Part shown: positions 11,301-21,115 of the stretch, in pieces
Layout: each line of letters opens with the position of its first letter
How positions within the stretch are numbered: position 1 is the stretch's first letter
NCBI GenBank assembly: GCA_040220235.1
Contig: JAVJTO010000060.1
DNA length: 64,000 nt
Direction: 5' to 3' (one strand)
Source of the DNA: Coleofasciculus sp. B1-GNL1-01
Lineage (GTDB): Bacteria > Cyanobacteriota > Cyanobacteriia > Cyanobacteriales > Coleofasciculaceae
The notes under the pieces: model-generated
Told to the model about the DNA's origin: nothing
Databases searched by the model: none
The model's input: only the letters and a program-made list of their open reading frames with translations
Translations under genes and position numbers: made by a program

Positions 11301-13517
11301 GGGAGAAAATATTTCCGCAACATGATCGACAAAATTGATGGACGTTTTCTGACAGCAAATCTCATCTGCCCCAAATGGTAGGGTTTCCCACATCCAATGC
11401 AAGCGATTGACGATACCACGATTTTTACCTAGAACGGCTTTGGGTCTTCCAGTAGAACCGGACGTATAGATTGCGTATGCCAGGTCATCCAGTGTTGCTT
11501 GACAATCTAGATTTTCGACGCTTTCTTTAGCAATGGCATCCCTATCCCTGTCTAGACAGACGATATGGGCGTGTTGAAGGGAAATTTTTTCAGTCAAAGG
11601 CTCCTGGGTCAATAGGACATGCACATTGGCGTCTTCGAGCATGAACACCAGTCGTTCTTGCGGATAATTCGGATCTAACGGCACATATACGCCACCGGCT
11701 TTGAGAACACCCAGCAAACTCACTACTAGATCAAGAGATGGCTCAATACAGATTCCCACCAGCACTCCCGAACCAACAGAGAGAGACCGTAAATAATGCG
11801 CTAGTTGATTGGCTCGTTGGTTCAACTGCCGATAAGTTAGCTGCTGGTTTTCAAGAACGAGTGCGATCGCATCTGGAGTGCGTTTCACCTGCTCTTCAAA
11901 TAACTGATGAATACATTTATCTGAGGGATATTCACTCTCGGTATCATTCCACTCGGTCAACAACTGATGGCGTTCTGCTTCACTCAACAGGGGCAATTGG
12001 TCAACTCGCTGTTGTGGATTAGCCGCGATCGCTTCGAGCAAGGTTTGCAAGTACCCACTCATCCGGCTTATTGTGGCAGCATCAAACAAATCGGTGTTGT
12101 ATTCCCAGAAACCCTCTAGCCCCGAATCCGTTTCTGTAATATCCAAGCGCAAATCCAACAAAGCCCTGGTGCGTTTAACCTTAACAGGTGTTAAGGTCAG
12201 CCAAGGCAGTTCACATTTCACTTTTGGAGTATTTTGTAAGACAAACGACACCTGGAACAGCGGATTGTAGTTGGCATTCCGTTCTGGCTGTAGTTCCTCC
12301 ACCAGCTTTTCAAAGGGCAAATCCTGGTGATCATAAGCTTCCATCGTCACCTGCCGCACTCGACCTAAGAGTTCCTCAAAGGTCGGGTTGCCTGAAAAAT
12401 CGGTACGTAGTACTAGGGTGTTGAGGAAAAAGCCAATGAGTCCTTCAATTTCAGCTCGGTTACGGTTAGCGATAGGTGAACCAACGATGATATCTTCTTG
12501 CCCACTGTAGCGGTAGAGCAAGATTTTGAAGACTGCCAGCAGGGTCATGAACAGGGTAGCCTCGGCTTTTTTGCCAACAGTCTTAAGGGTCTCAGTCAAA
12601 CTCTTGGGCAACCGAAATGATTCCTTTTCCCCCCGATAAGTCTGAACTGGTGGTCGGGGTCGGTCTGTTGGCAGTGGCAGCAGGGGTGGAGCTTTTTCCA
12701 GTTGCTGCTTCCAGTAAGAGAGTTGGGAGTGTAGTTTTTCTCCCTGCAACTGTTGTCGCTGCCAGACGGCGAAGTCGGCATATTGAATTGGCAGTTTAGG
12801 CAACGGCGAAGGTTTTCCGGTAGAAAAGGCTTGGTAAAGGGCTGACAATTCACGAATGATTATGCCCAATGACCAGCCATCAAAGACAATGTGGTGGATA
12901 TTGAATAGCAGCACATGTTCCTGTTCGCTTAGCTGTACCAGCATCCAGCGCAGCAGAGGACCTTGAAGCAAGTCGAAGGGACGTTGACTTTGCTCAGTCG
13001 CGAGGCCCTGGACTTCCATTTTCTGCACCGCTTTTGGCAACTGGCGCAGATCTACCACGGGCAGTGTCAAGGTCAGGTTTGGGGCAATGATTTGAACGGG
13101 TTGCGCCTCCACCATCTTGAAAGTGGTGCGCAGAGCTTCGTGGCGTTGCACCATCTCGTTGAGACTCTGCTCCAATGACGCCACGTCAAGCAAACCTGTT
13201 AGCTGTATTGCTACGTGTTCATTGTAAAAAGGGTTGCCGGGTTCCAACTGTTGGAGAAACCATAGCCGCTGCTGGGCAAAGGATAAAGATAGATTTCTCT
13301 CTCTCGAAACAGGTTGAATAGCCTGAGACGTACTGTTTGAGGCAAGATTAGCCTGGTTGAGAAATGCAATAATTTCGGCTTTGCGTTCAGAGATCTGAGC
13401 GATTAGATCTGGTGTTAGTGCTTCTTCAGGGGCATTACAACGCAAGTGATCGCTTTCAACCCAAAGCTTTACATCCAGACTATAAAGGTAAGATAAAAAT
13501 TTATAAATCGTCGTCAT
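8373..13517 (-). CDS. NRPS: docking-C-A(beta-Ala-type, interrupted by PLP-dependent group II decarboxylase)-T
   Basis: C [9 protein letters not shown]; A motifs [20 protein letters not shown]; then about 570 aa with GHMTS, [34 protein letters not shown]; A resumes at [29 protein letters not shown]. ATG 13517 preferred over the TTG at 13544. Confidence 0.92.
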   Translation of the reverse strand: [1714 protein letters not shown]

Positions 13518-13570
13518 AGCTCTATTTCCTTTCTTCCTTTCCAAGCTTTACATTCAGGCTATAATCGTAG

Positions 13571-16500
13571 TCATAGCTCTATTTCCTTTCTTCCTTCTCC
13601 GGCAGCAATGGGAGAGCCTGATGCTTGGGCGAGAGTCAAACGAATTGCTTCAACGCGCTCAGCTAAACCAGCTACGGTGGTTGGTCTCTCAAAGAAACTA
13701 TGTAGGGACAGCTCTATTTGAAATTCTTTACGCAACTGAGAGATAACTTGAATAGCCATTAGAGAATCTCCCCCCAGTTCAAAGAAGTCATCATGGATAC
13801 CTACTTGCTCGATCCCAACAGCTTGTCGCCAGGTATTCGCAATAGTTTGTTCGACCTCGTTGCAGGGAGCAACATAGGCATTCCGCAAGTTTGATCTCGA
13901 GTGGAGTGATAATGAATCTTTCTTTTTTGAGTATTCTGTATCTCGTAAAGATTCAAGCTTAAGCCATTGGTCAATCCTCGTGTGCAAGTCTCCAGCCGAG
14001 ACAACAACTTGAGGGAGTTCAGCCATTGATAACACACGCCTAAATGCCTCCACACCTCCCTTTGGGGACATAGCTAATTTAGACAAGGTGGCTCCAATCC
14101 CTGCTTCTTGCTTTTCTTCTTCCCTAAGCCCCCAGTTATCCCAGTTCACGCTAATCCAGGGACAAGAGTCTGCCTGGTCGTGCTTGAAAGCAAAGGCATC
14201 CATAAAGATGTTCGCTGCGGAATAGGAAACGAATCCTAAGCCTCCCAAAATAGATGCTAAAGAGGATGTTAATAGAACAAAATCAAGATTTCTTCCTTGC
14301 AAAACTTTTTCCAAGACAAATAGTCCATACACTTTGGGCTGAAATTGCAAATGACTATCGGTTTGAGAAGTTTCTTGAATAGCACAATGTGTATTTTCGA
14401 GATTCCCAGCAGCGTGGATGACACCATGAATTTCACCAAAGCGCTCATATGTGTGGGAAATTGCTGTCTGCATTTGTTGCTCGCTTGTCACATCGGCACT
14501 AATGACCAGAACCTCGACTCCTAGCTCCTCGATTGTCCGCACTTTCTGTATCTTTTGGCTGACTTTATCCTGCCGATCGTGAGTCGCTAGCCATTGCTCC
14601 CACTGGGAGCGCTCAGGCAGCCCCTTTCGTCCGATTAGGATCAACTTAGCCCGTACTGTCTTCGCTAGATATTCTGCCAATACCAAACCGATGCCACCCA
14701 GTCCACCAGTGATTAGGTAGACTCCTCCTTCCCTCAAACGTGTTCTGCTTGTACTGCTATCATTTAAACGGACAGCTTCAAAGGTCTGAACCCAACGATG
14801 ATTACCACGGTAGGCAACTACTAAATCACTTGGCTGTACGGTAAATTCCCTTATTAAGTGGTCTATCAGTTTCTGTGCTTGCTTTGTCCCAGATTCAGGA
14901 ATCACTACATCAAAGCTACAGCATGTTATGTTTGGATATTCCTGTGGAATTACCTTGCACGGACCTAACACAGTCGCTTTCTCTGGAAATAACTTCTCGT
15001 CGCCAGTCACTTCATGTACATTGCTGGTTACGACCATGAGTTGAAGAGGCTCAGTAACCTTCTGTTCTCCTAGTGCTTGTGCCAGAAAGAGCAGACTGTA
15101 GAAACCGAGATTTTGACAATCTTCAAAGAACTGATGTGGTGATTGTGTCTGTTCGCCTAGCTTGTTGCTAGGAAAAGTATTGCTGGCTGTGATACTCCAA
15201 AAATGCGCAATCCCTTGTGGGGTTAAATCCCGACTCTGAAGTTCTTGAACCAGGGCATCATAGTCATCCCGTTGTTGGGGATTAATTGTGTATGCGTACT
15301 CACTGAGTTTGCTAAACTGATCTCCCACTCTCACAGTGATGACATCATGGTTCTGCTGTTCCAGCCGTTTTGCTATTTCTGAGCCGACTCCATAGGCATC
15401 GACAAAGACTAGCCAGCATGACTTTAACTCTACCAGCTCTCTTTCTTGGTAGAAGTCAAGAAGCATAGATTGTTTCCAAACTGGCATGTAGAACCAGTCG
15501 GCAATATTTGGTTTCTTGTGTAACGGATCTTGACGCGCCGTTGCTAGGAAGGTTGACTGGTTTGGTTCAATCCAGTAACGCTGACGCTCAAAGGGATAGG
15601 TAGGTAAGGGAATATGATGACGTCGTTCATAGGCATAAAAACCTGACCAATCGACTTTGACACCTGCTAACCAGAGACGACCTAAGCTATTCAGTAAAAA
15701 GGCGATATCTGACTGTTGCTCCTGGGGATGGCGTAGCGAGGTTAGCACCCCGTTATTATTGATCTGATGCTGCTTGGCAAACGTACTCAACGTCCGTCCA
15801 GGACCAACTTCCAGCAAAACTCGCTCAGGTGTTTTGAGCAACTCAGTCACTCCTGCACTGAAACGCACAGGTTGTCGTAGATGTCTTGCCCAGTAATTCG
15901 GATCTGTTGCTTCTGATGGGGTAATCCAAGTTCCAGTGAGATTCGAGACAAAAGGAATTTGGGGAGGATTGAAGGTGATTTGATGTAATAACTCTGTAAA
16001 TGGCTCAATCATTGGCTCCATCATCGGAGAATGAAAAGCATGAGAGGTATGAAGCCTTCGACAGGGTATGCTTTTTTCTTGTAAGGTCTGTTGCAATTGT
16101 GCGATCGCCTCTGCTGAACCAGACACCACAGATGAAGTAGGGCTATTGCTTCCTGCCAGCGCCAGGTCTTCTCCCAGTAACGGTTGCACTTCTGGTTCTG
16201 GTAGTTGAACGGACAGCATCGCGCCAGAGGGCAGTTGCTGCATCAATCGTCCTCTAGTTGCTACTATTGCTAAGGCATCTTCTAGGGAGAAAACTCCCGC
16301 TAGACACGCTGCTACATATTCCCCAATGCTGTGACCGATCATCACTTCGGGATACACACCCCACGCCATCCATAACTTAGCTAGCGCATACTCAATTACA
16401 AACAACGCAGGTTGGGTAATGTGAGTTTGTTGAAGTTGTTGTGTCGCCTCTTGCTCCTGGGTTGTACTGGGGTAGAGTAAATGACGCAAATCTAGCCCGA

Positions 16501-18217
16501 GGTGAGGTTTGATCCGTTCACAGCAGTCATCAACGTGTTCAGTAAAAATTGGCTCATGCTGGTAGAGTTCCAGTGCCATATTGACGTACTGCGAACCCTG
16601 CCCGGAAAACATAAACACCACGGGGCGATTACCGGCTTCTTGGTAGTGGGTGAAAACTCGTTGCGAATCTAGATTTGTCAGCGCCTGCACTGCATCATCC
16701 AGAGTTTGACACACTAACATCCGGCGATGCTCGAAATCTCGGCGACCAACCTGAAGTGTATGAGCAACATCGGCAAGATTCAAATCGGGATGTTGCTGGA
16801 GGCAATTCGCCAAATTCACTGTGGCGGTTTCCAGTGCCGTACTTGTCTTGGTCGAGAGCAACAACAACTGCCAGGGACGAGAAGGACTAGAGGGTTCAAT
16901 TGCCGGAGCTTCTTCGAGAATCAGATGGGCATTAGTGCCACCAAAACCGAAGGAACTAACTCCAGCGCGACGAGGGATGTCGTTGTTTTTCCATTCAGAC
17001 AGCGTTGTGTTGACGTAAAAAGGACTATTTGCAAAATCTATCTTGGGATTGGGTTCCTCAAAATGCAAACTGGGTGGTATTTGCTGATGCTTGAGTGCTA
17101 GAACAGTCTTGATAAGACCTCCCACTCCAGCGGCATTATCTAAATGCCCTACATTTGTTTTAAGCGAACCGATGGCACAGAAGCCACACTTCTGCGTACT
17201 GGTGTGAAAAGCTTTTGTGAGCGCTGCGATTTCAATAGGGTCTCCTAGGGATGTTCCTGTACCGTGGGTCTCGATGTAGGTAATTGTTTCAGGTTCAACT
17301 TCAGCCATAACTTGAGCTGATCTAATCACCTTCACTTGACCATTTATGCTGGGTGCAGTGTAGCTAACTTTGGAAGACCCATCGTTATTGATCGCCGAAC
17401 CTTTGATCACAGCATGGATACAGTCTCCATCTGCTATTGCCTCCTCTAACCGCTTCAACACCACAAGACCTATCCCCTTGCCTATCCCAGTTCCCTCTGC
17501 TTTGGCATCAAAGGCACGGCAACGTCCGTCAGGAGAATAAATTCCTCCCTTTTGATACAAATAACCAGCATATTTTGATATTGAAACGCCACCGGCCAAA
17601 GCCATATCACATTCGCCACTCAGCAGACTTTGGCATGCCAAATGAACAGCGACCAACGAAGTTGAGCAGGTAGTTTGAACTGCATAACTTGGTCCATCCA
17701 GGTTTAATTTGTAAGATACTCGTGTGGTTACAAAGTCTGGATTATTAGCAATAGAAACTTGTAAATGACTTACGTTGTTAATAATTTCCGGATTTGAATA
17801 AATATTAAATAAGTAACTATTTACGCTTAGACCTCCGAAAACCCCAATCGACTTCTTATAAGTTTCTGAATTGTAGCCAGCGCTTTCAAGAGCCTCCCAA
17901 GCAGACTCTAAGAAAATACGGTGTTGGGGATCCATGATTTCAGCTTCTCTGGGAGTAAATCCAAAGAATGACGCATCAAACAAATCTACATTTTTGACTA
18001 CGCCACCTGCCTTAACATAATTAGGATCGCTGACTAACTTAGGATCTATAACTAAATCCTTTAATTGCTGGTCAGTCAAAGAAGAAATCGATTCTACGCC
18101 GCCTCGGAGATTTTGCCAAAATTCATCAAGGTTTTTAGCTCCAGGAAAACGACCAACCATGCCAATTATGGCTATTTCTAAACCCGTGGTCTTACTGGAT
18201 TTTTTGGGATTAATCAT
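13571..18217 (-). CDS. Type I PKS module KS-AT(malonyl)-KR-ACP
   Basis: KS TTCSTSL, HGTGT, NVGHL; AT GHSIG and HAFHS; KR GGLGGIG with PK...SS...YSAAN intact; ACP GGDSL; acidic C-terminal docking tail RKEIEL. Confidence 0.93.
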   Translation of the reverse strand: MINPKKSSKTTGLEIAIIGMVGRFPGAKNLDEFWQNLRGGVESISSLTDQQLKDLVIDPKLVSDPNYVKAGGVVKNVDLFDASFFGFTPREAEIMDPQHRIFLESAWEALESAGYNSETYKKSIGVFGGLSVNSYLFNIYSNPEIINNVSHLQVSIANNPDFVTTRVSYKLNLDGPSYAVQTTCSTSLVAVHLACQSLLSGECDMALAGGVSISKYAGYLYQKGGIYSPDGRCRAFDAKAEGTGIGKGIGLVVLKRLEEAIADGDCIHAVIKGSAINNDGSSKVSYTAPSINGQVKVIRSAQVMAEVEPETITYIETHGTGTSLGDPIEIAALTKAFHTSTQKCGFCAIGSLKTNVGHLDNAAGVGGLIKTVLALKHQQIPPSLHFEEPNPKIDFANSPFYVNTTLSEWKNNDIPRRAGVSSFGFGGTNAHLILEEAPAIEPSSPSRPWQLLLLSTKTSTALETATVNLANCLQQHPDLNLADVAHTLQVGRRDFEHRRMLVCQTLDDAVQALTNLDSQRVFTHYQEAGNRPVVFMFSGQGSQYVNMALELYQHEPIFTEHVDDCCERIKPHLGLDLRHLLYPSTTQEQEATQQLQQTHITQPALFVIEYALAKLWMAWGVYPEVMIGHSIGEYVAACLAGVFSLEDALAIVATRGRLMQQLPSGAMLSVQLPEPEVQPLLGEDLALAGSNSPTSSVVSGSAEAIAQLQQTLQEKSIPCRRLHTSHAFHSPMMEPMIEPFTELLHQITFNPPQIPFVSNLTGTWITPSEATDPNYWARHLRQPVRFSAGVTELLKTPERVLLEVGPGRTLSTFAKQHQINNNGVLTSLRHPQEQQSDIAFLLNSLGRLWLAGVKVDWSGFYAYERRHHIPLPTYPFERQRYWIEPNQSTFLATARQDPLHKKPNIADWFYMPVWKQSMLLDFYQERELVELKSCWLVFVDAYGVGSEIAKRLEQQNHDVITVRVGDQFSKLSEYAYTINPQQRDDYDALVQELQSRDLTPQGIAHFWSITASNTFPSNKLGEQTQSPHQFFEDCQNLGFYSLLFLAQALGEQKVTEPLQLMVVTSNVHEVTGDEKLFPEKATVLGPCKVIPQEYPNITCCSFDVVIPESGTKQAQKLIDHLIREFTVQPSDLVVAYRGNHRWVQTFEAVRLNDSSTSRTRLREGGVYLITGGLGGIGLVLAEYLAKTVRAKLILIGRKGLPERSQWEQWLATHDRQDKVSQKIQKVRTIEELGVEVLVISADVTSEQQMQTAISHTYERFGEIHGVIHAAGNLENTHCAIQETSQTDSHLQFQPKVYGLFVLEKVLQGRNLDFVLLTSSLASILGGLGFVSYSAANIFMDAFAFKHDQADSCPWISVNWDNWGLREEEKQEAGIGATLSKLAMSPKGGVEAFRRVLSMAELPQVVVSAGDLHTRIDQWLKLESLRDTEYSKKKDSLSLHSRSNLRNAYVAPCNEVEQTIANTWRQAVGIEQVGIHDDFFELGGDSLMAIQVISQLRKEFQIELSLHSFFERPTTVAGLAERVEAIRLTLAQASGSPIAAGEGRKEIEL

Positions 18218-18249
18218 TGATAAATTACCTAAAAAAATAGCTAGTTTAA

Positions 18250-21075
18250 CTATAAACTATTTTGACTTTTTTGCAAACGTTTCTTGAGTCGCAACTTTCC
18301 ACTTTCTATTTGCTGAATTCGCTCAACATCTTCCTCGTAAGATGATTTGTTTCCTTCTGAGATTAAACATTGTGCTAAAGAACTTATTGTCGGATATTGA
18401 AATAGATCGACAAGAGATAAATGAGTTGTAAACTTTTCACGCAATTGACTATAAACCTGAAGAATGCTTAATGAATGACCGCCAATATCAAAGAAGTTAT
18501 CTTCGATACCTACCCTCTCGACATTAAGTACTTTCTGCCAAATACTGGCAATCATCCGTTCTGCTTCAGTTACTGGTGGCAAATAAGCAACTTCCAATTC
18601 AGGGCGAAGATTATCTGGCTTAGGTAGAGCCCTGCGATCCAATTTGCCACTGGGGGTTAGCGGCAGCGCCTCCAGCAGAACAAAAACTGATGGCACCATG
18701 TAATCCGGCAGCTTATCTTTCAGGAAGTTCCGTAACTGTGGCAACAGTTCACTAGTGATTGCTGAGTCTTCAATTGACCGTGAGCTGTCCCCATCTCCAT
18801 GCAGCAATCGACCATGAAAATTCGGAACAACATAGGCAACCAAACGCTTGTCGCCAAGATTGTCCTCTCTAACCACCACAACCCCCTCCTGCACAGCCGG
18901 ATGCTGACTTAGTACTGCCTCAATTTCGCCCAGTTCAACCCGGAAGCCACGAATCTTGACTTGGGAACCGATGCGTCCTAGAAACTCAATAGTCCCATCA
19001 GGTAACCATCTGCCTAAATCTCCAGTTTTGTAGAGTAAATCGTGGTTAGTCTTTTTGGGATTAGAAAAGGGGTTGGGAACAAAGCTTAAATTTGTTTTCT
19101 CTGGGTCTTTCCAATATCCATTACCAACGCCAACGCCTGATACACAAATTTCTCCAGGAACCCCAATTGGGACTAACTGCATCTGAGGGTTAAGGATGTA
19201 GAGGGTTAAGTTTGCCAAAGGTTTACCAATCGGAACTGTGCGTTGGTTTGCGGGTAAGGGCTTTTCAACGATTAACTGAGTGATATCATCTGCTGCTTCG
19301 GTGGGACCGTAAGCATTAACGACGTGGATGGAAGGGTACAAATGCAGCCACTGATTAATTAACTCAACAGACACCGATTCTCCAGTTACCATCATCCATT
19401 TCAGGTCAGGTAGCCCTCGTTGTTGAGTCGGTAAGCGGGAGATATAGTTGAGTAAACTGCTGAGAACAACGGGAACAAGTTCTGCGATCGCAATTTTTTC
19501 TGATTTGAGCACCTTGAACAATTTTTCGGGATTAAACACTGTTTCCCGGTCAGCGATGACTGTTGTTCCACCAATCAGAAGGGGGGCTAGAAATTGCCAG
19601 ACTGAAATATCCGATGAAGCGGGTGCTGTTTGCAAGAAATTAAACGTTTCCGTAAAGCCTAACGCCTCAAATTGGGCATAGATATGATTAATTGCTCCAT
19701 CCTGTCTAATAATGGCTCCCTTCGGTAATCCGGTTGAACCCGATGTATAGAGCATATAAGCTGGGTCAATTCCTCGATTGACTGCTTCTAGATTTTCTGT
19801 CGTAAACTGATCAAAATCCCGGGGGTCGTATAGACTTATTCCTGCTAATTTATCCCTCAATCTAGGATCAGGTTTAGCATCTAAGCAGATCAGAGATTTC
19901 AAGTGCGAACACTGTTCACTTAGATCAGCCCAGTGATGTAAAAATGAGGAGTCTGTGAGCAGGAATCTCACCTCACTATGGCATAGCATATACTTGATTC
20001 TATCGGTGGGATAAGTACTATCAATGGGGACATAGGCTCCACCCGCCTTGTAGATCGCCAGGATAGCGATCGCAAAATTGATATCCCGGTCTTTTAAAAT
20101 GCCGACAAACTCTCCGGCTTGGATGCCTAAGTTTCGTAATAACTTAGCCAGTTGATTGGCTTTCTTATTGAGGTCTTGATAGGTTAAGTGGCGAGTATTG
20201 TCAACTACTGCTCTACTCTTGGATGCTCGCTTAACTTGTTGTTCAAATAATTGATTAATCGTCTGATCTAAAGGATAGGTTCTAGAATTATTATTAAATT
20301 CTTCTAATAACTGGTGTCTGTCAGACTCTTTCAAGAAAAGAATATCTTGTAACTTAATGTGGATATCCTCAAAAATGCATTCAAAGATATTCTTATAATT
20401 TTGACTCATTAATTTGATCGTTTTTTCTCTAAAAAGAGAACCGTTGTAGTCTATTGTCAGACGAATATTTTCACCCTTGACTAAACCAGAAACGGTGATA
20501 TCATTGTTCAGCGTTTCCAGATCACTCGTGCTATGAATCCTGTCCCATAAAACCACGATATCAAAAAGTGGACAGCGATTTTGACTCTGGGGCAGATTTA
20601 ATAAGCGAACTAATTCACTCAAGGGATAGTGGGGATGACTATAAGCCGCAACAACGGTATCTTTGACGTGAAGAAGAAACTCTCTAAATGTCAGTTGAGT
20701 GGTTACCAGAGTCCGCAATGGAACCACTGTCTTGGTTAAACCACTATGACTAGCTTGTTTATAGAGAGGTGAGCCGACAATAATGTCATTATTACCCGTG
20801 TACTTATGTAGAACTAACTTTAAAGCAGACACCAGCACTATGTAAATGGACAGGTTAGATCCTTGAGTGAAGTTGAAGATGGCTGCTGATAATTCCTTGG
20901 ATAAATCAAAACTGAGACTTTTAGTATTGCCCTCATCCCGTAATGGTCTGACATAATCCAGTATGAGATTTGTTTCCGGCAGTTCTCCGGATAATTGGTT
21001 TAACCAGTAGATTTTTTCGTGAAATAATTCTTCAGGAGTTAACATGGATTGATTTTGGGGTTTCAGGACTATCAT
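18250..21075 (-). CDS. NRPS: truncated (C-terminal half) C domain-A(2,4-diaminobutyrate)-T
   Basis: Starts at the YWxxQL segment of a C domain with no HHxxxDG. A code read as DIWE(M/L)TADDK, matching the Dab-type code. T GGHSL. Adjacent to a Dab aminotransferase gene. Confidence 0.85.
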   Translation of the reverse strand: [941 protein letters not shown]

Positions 21076-21115
21076 CGGTCATTTTTAATTGGTCATTTCA
21101 ATGTGCCATTTTTAA

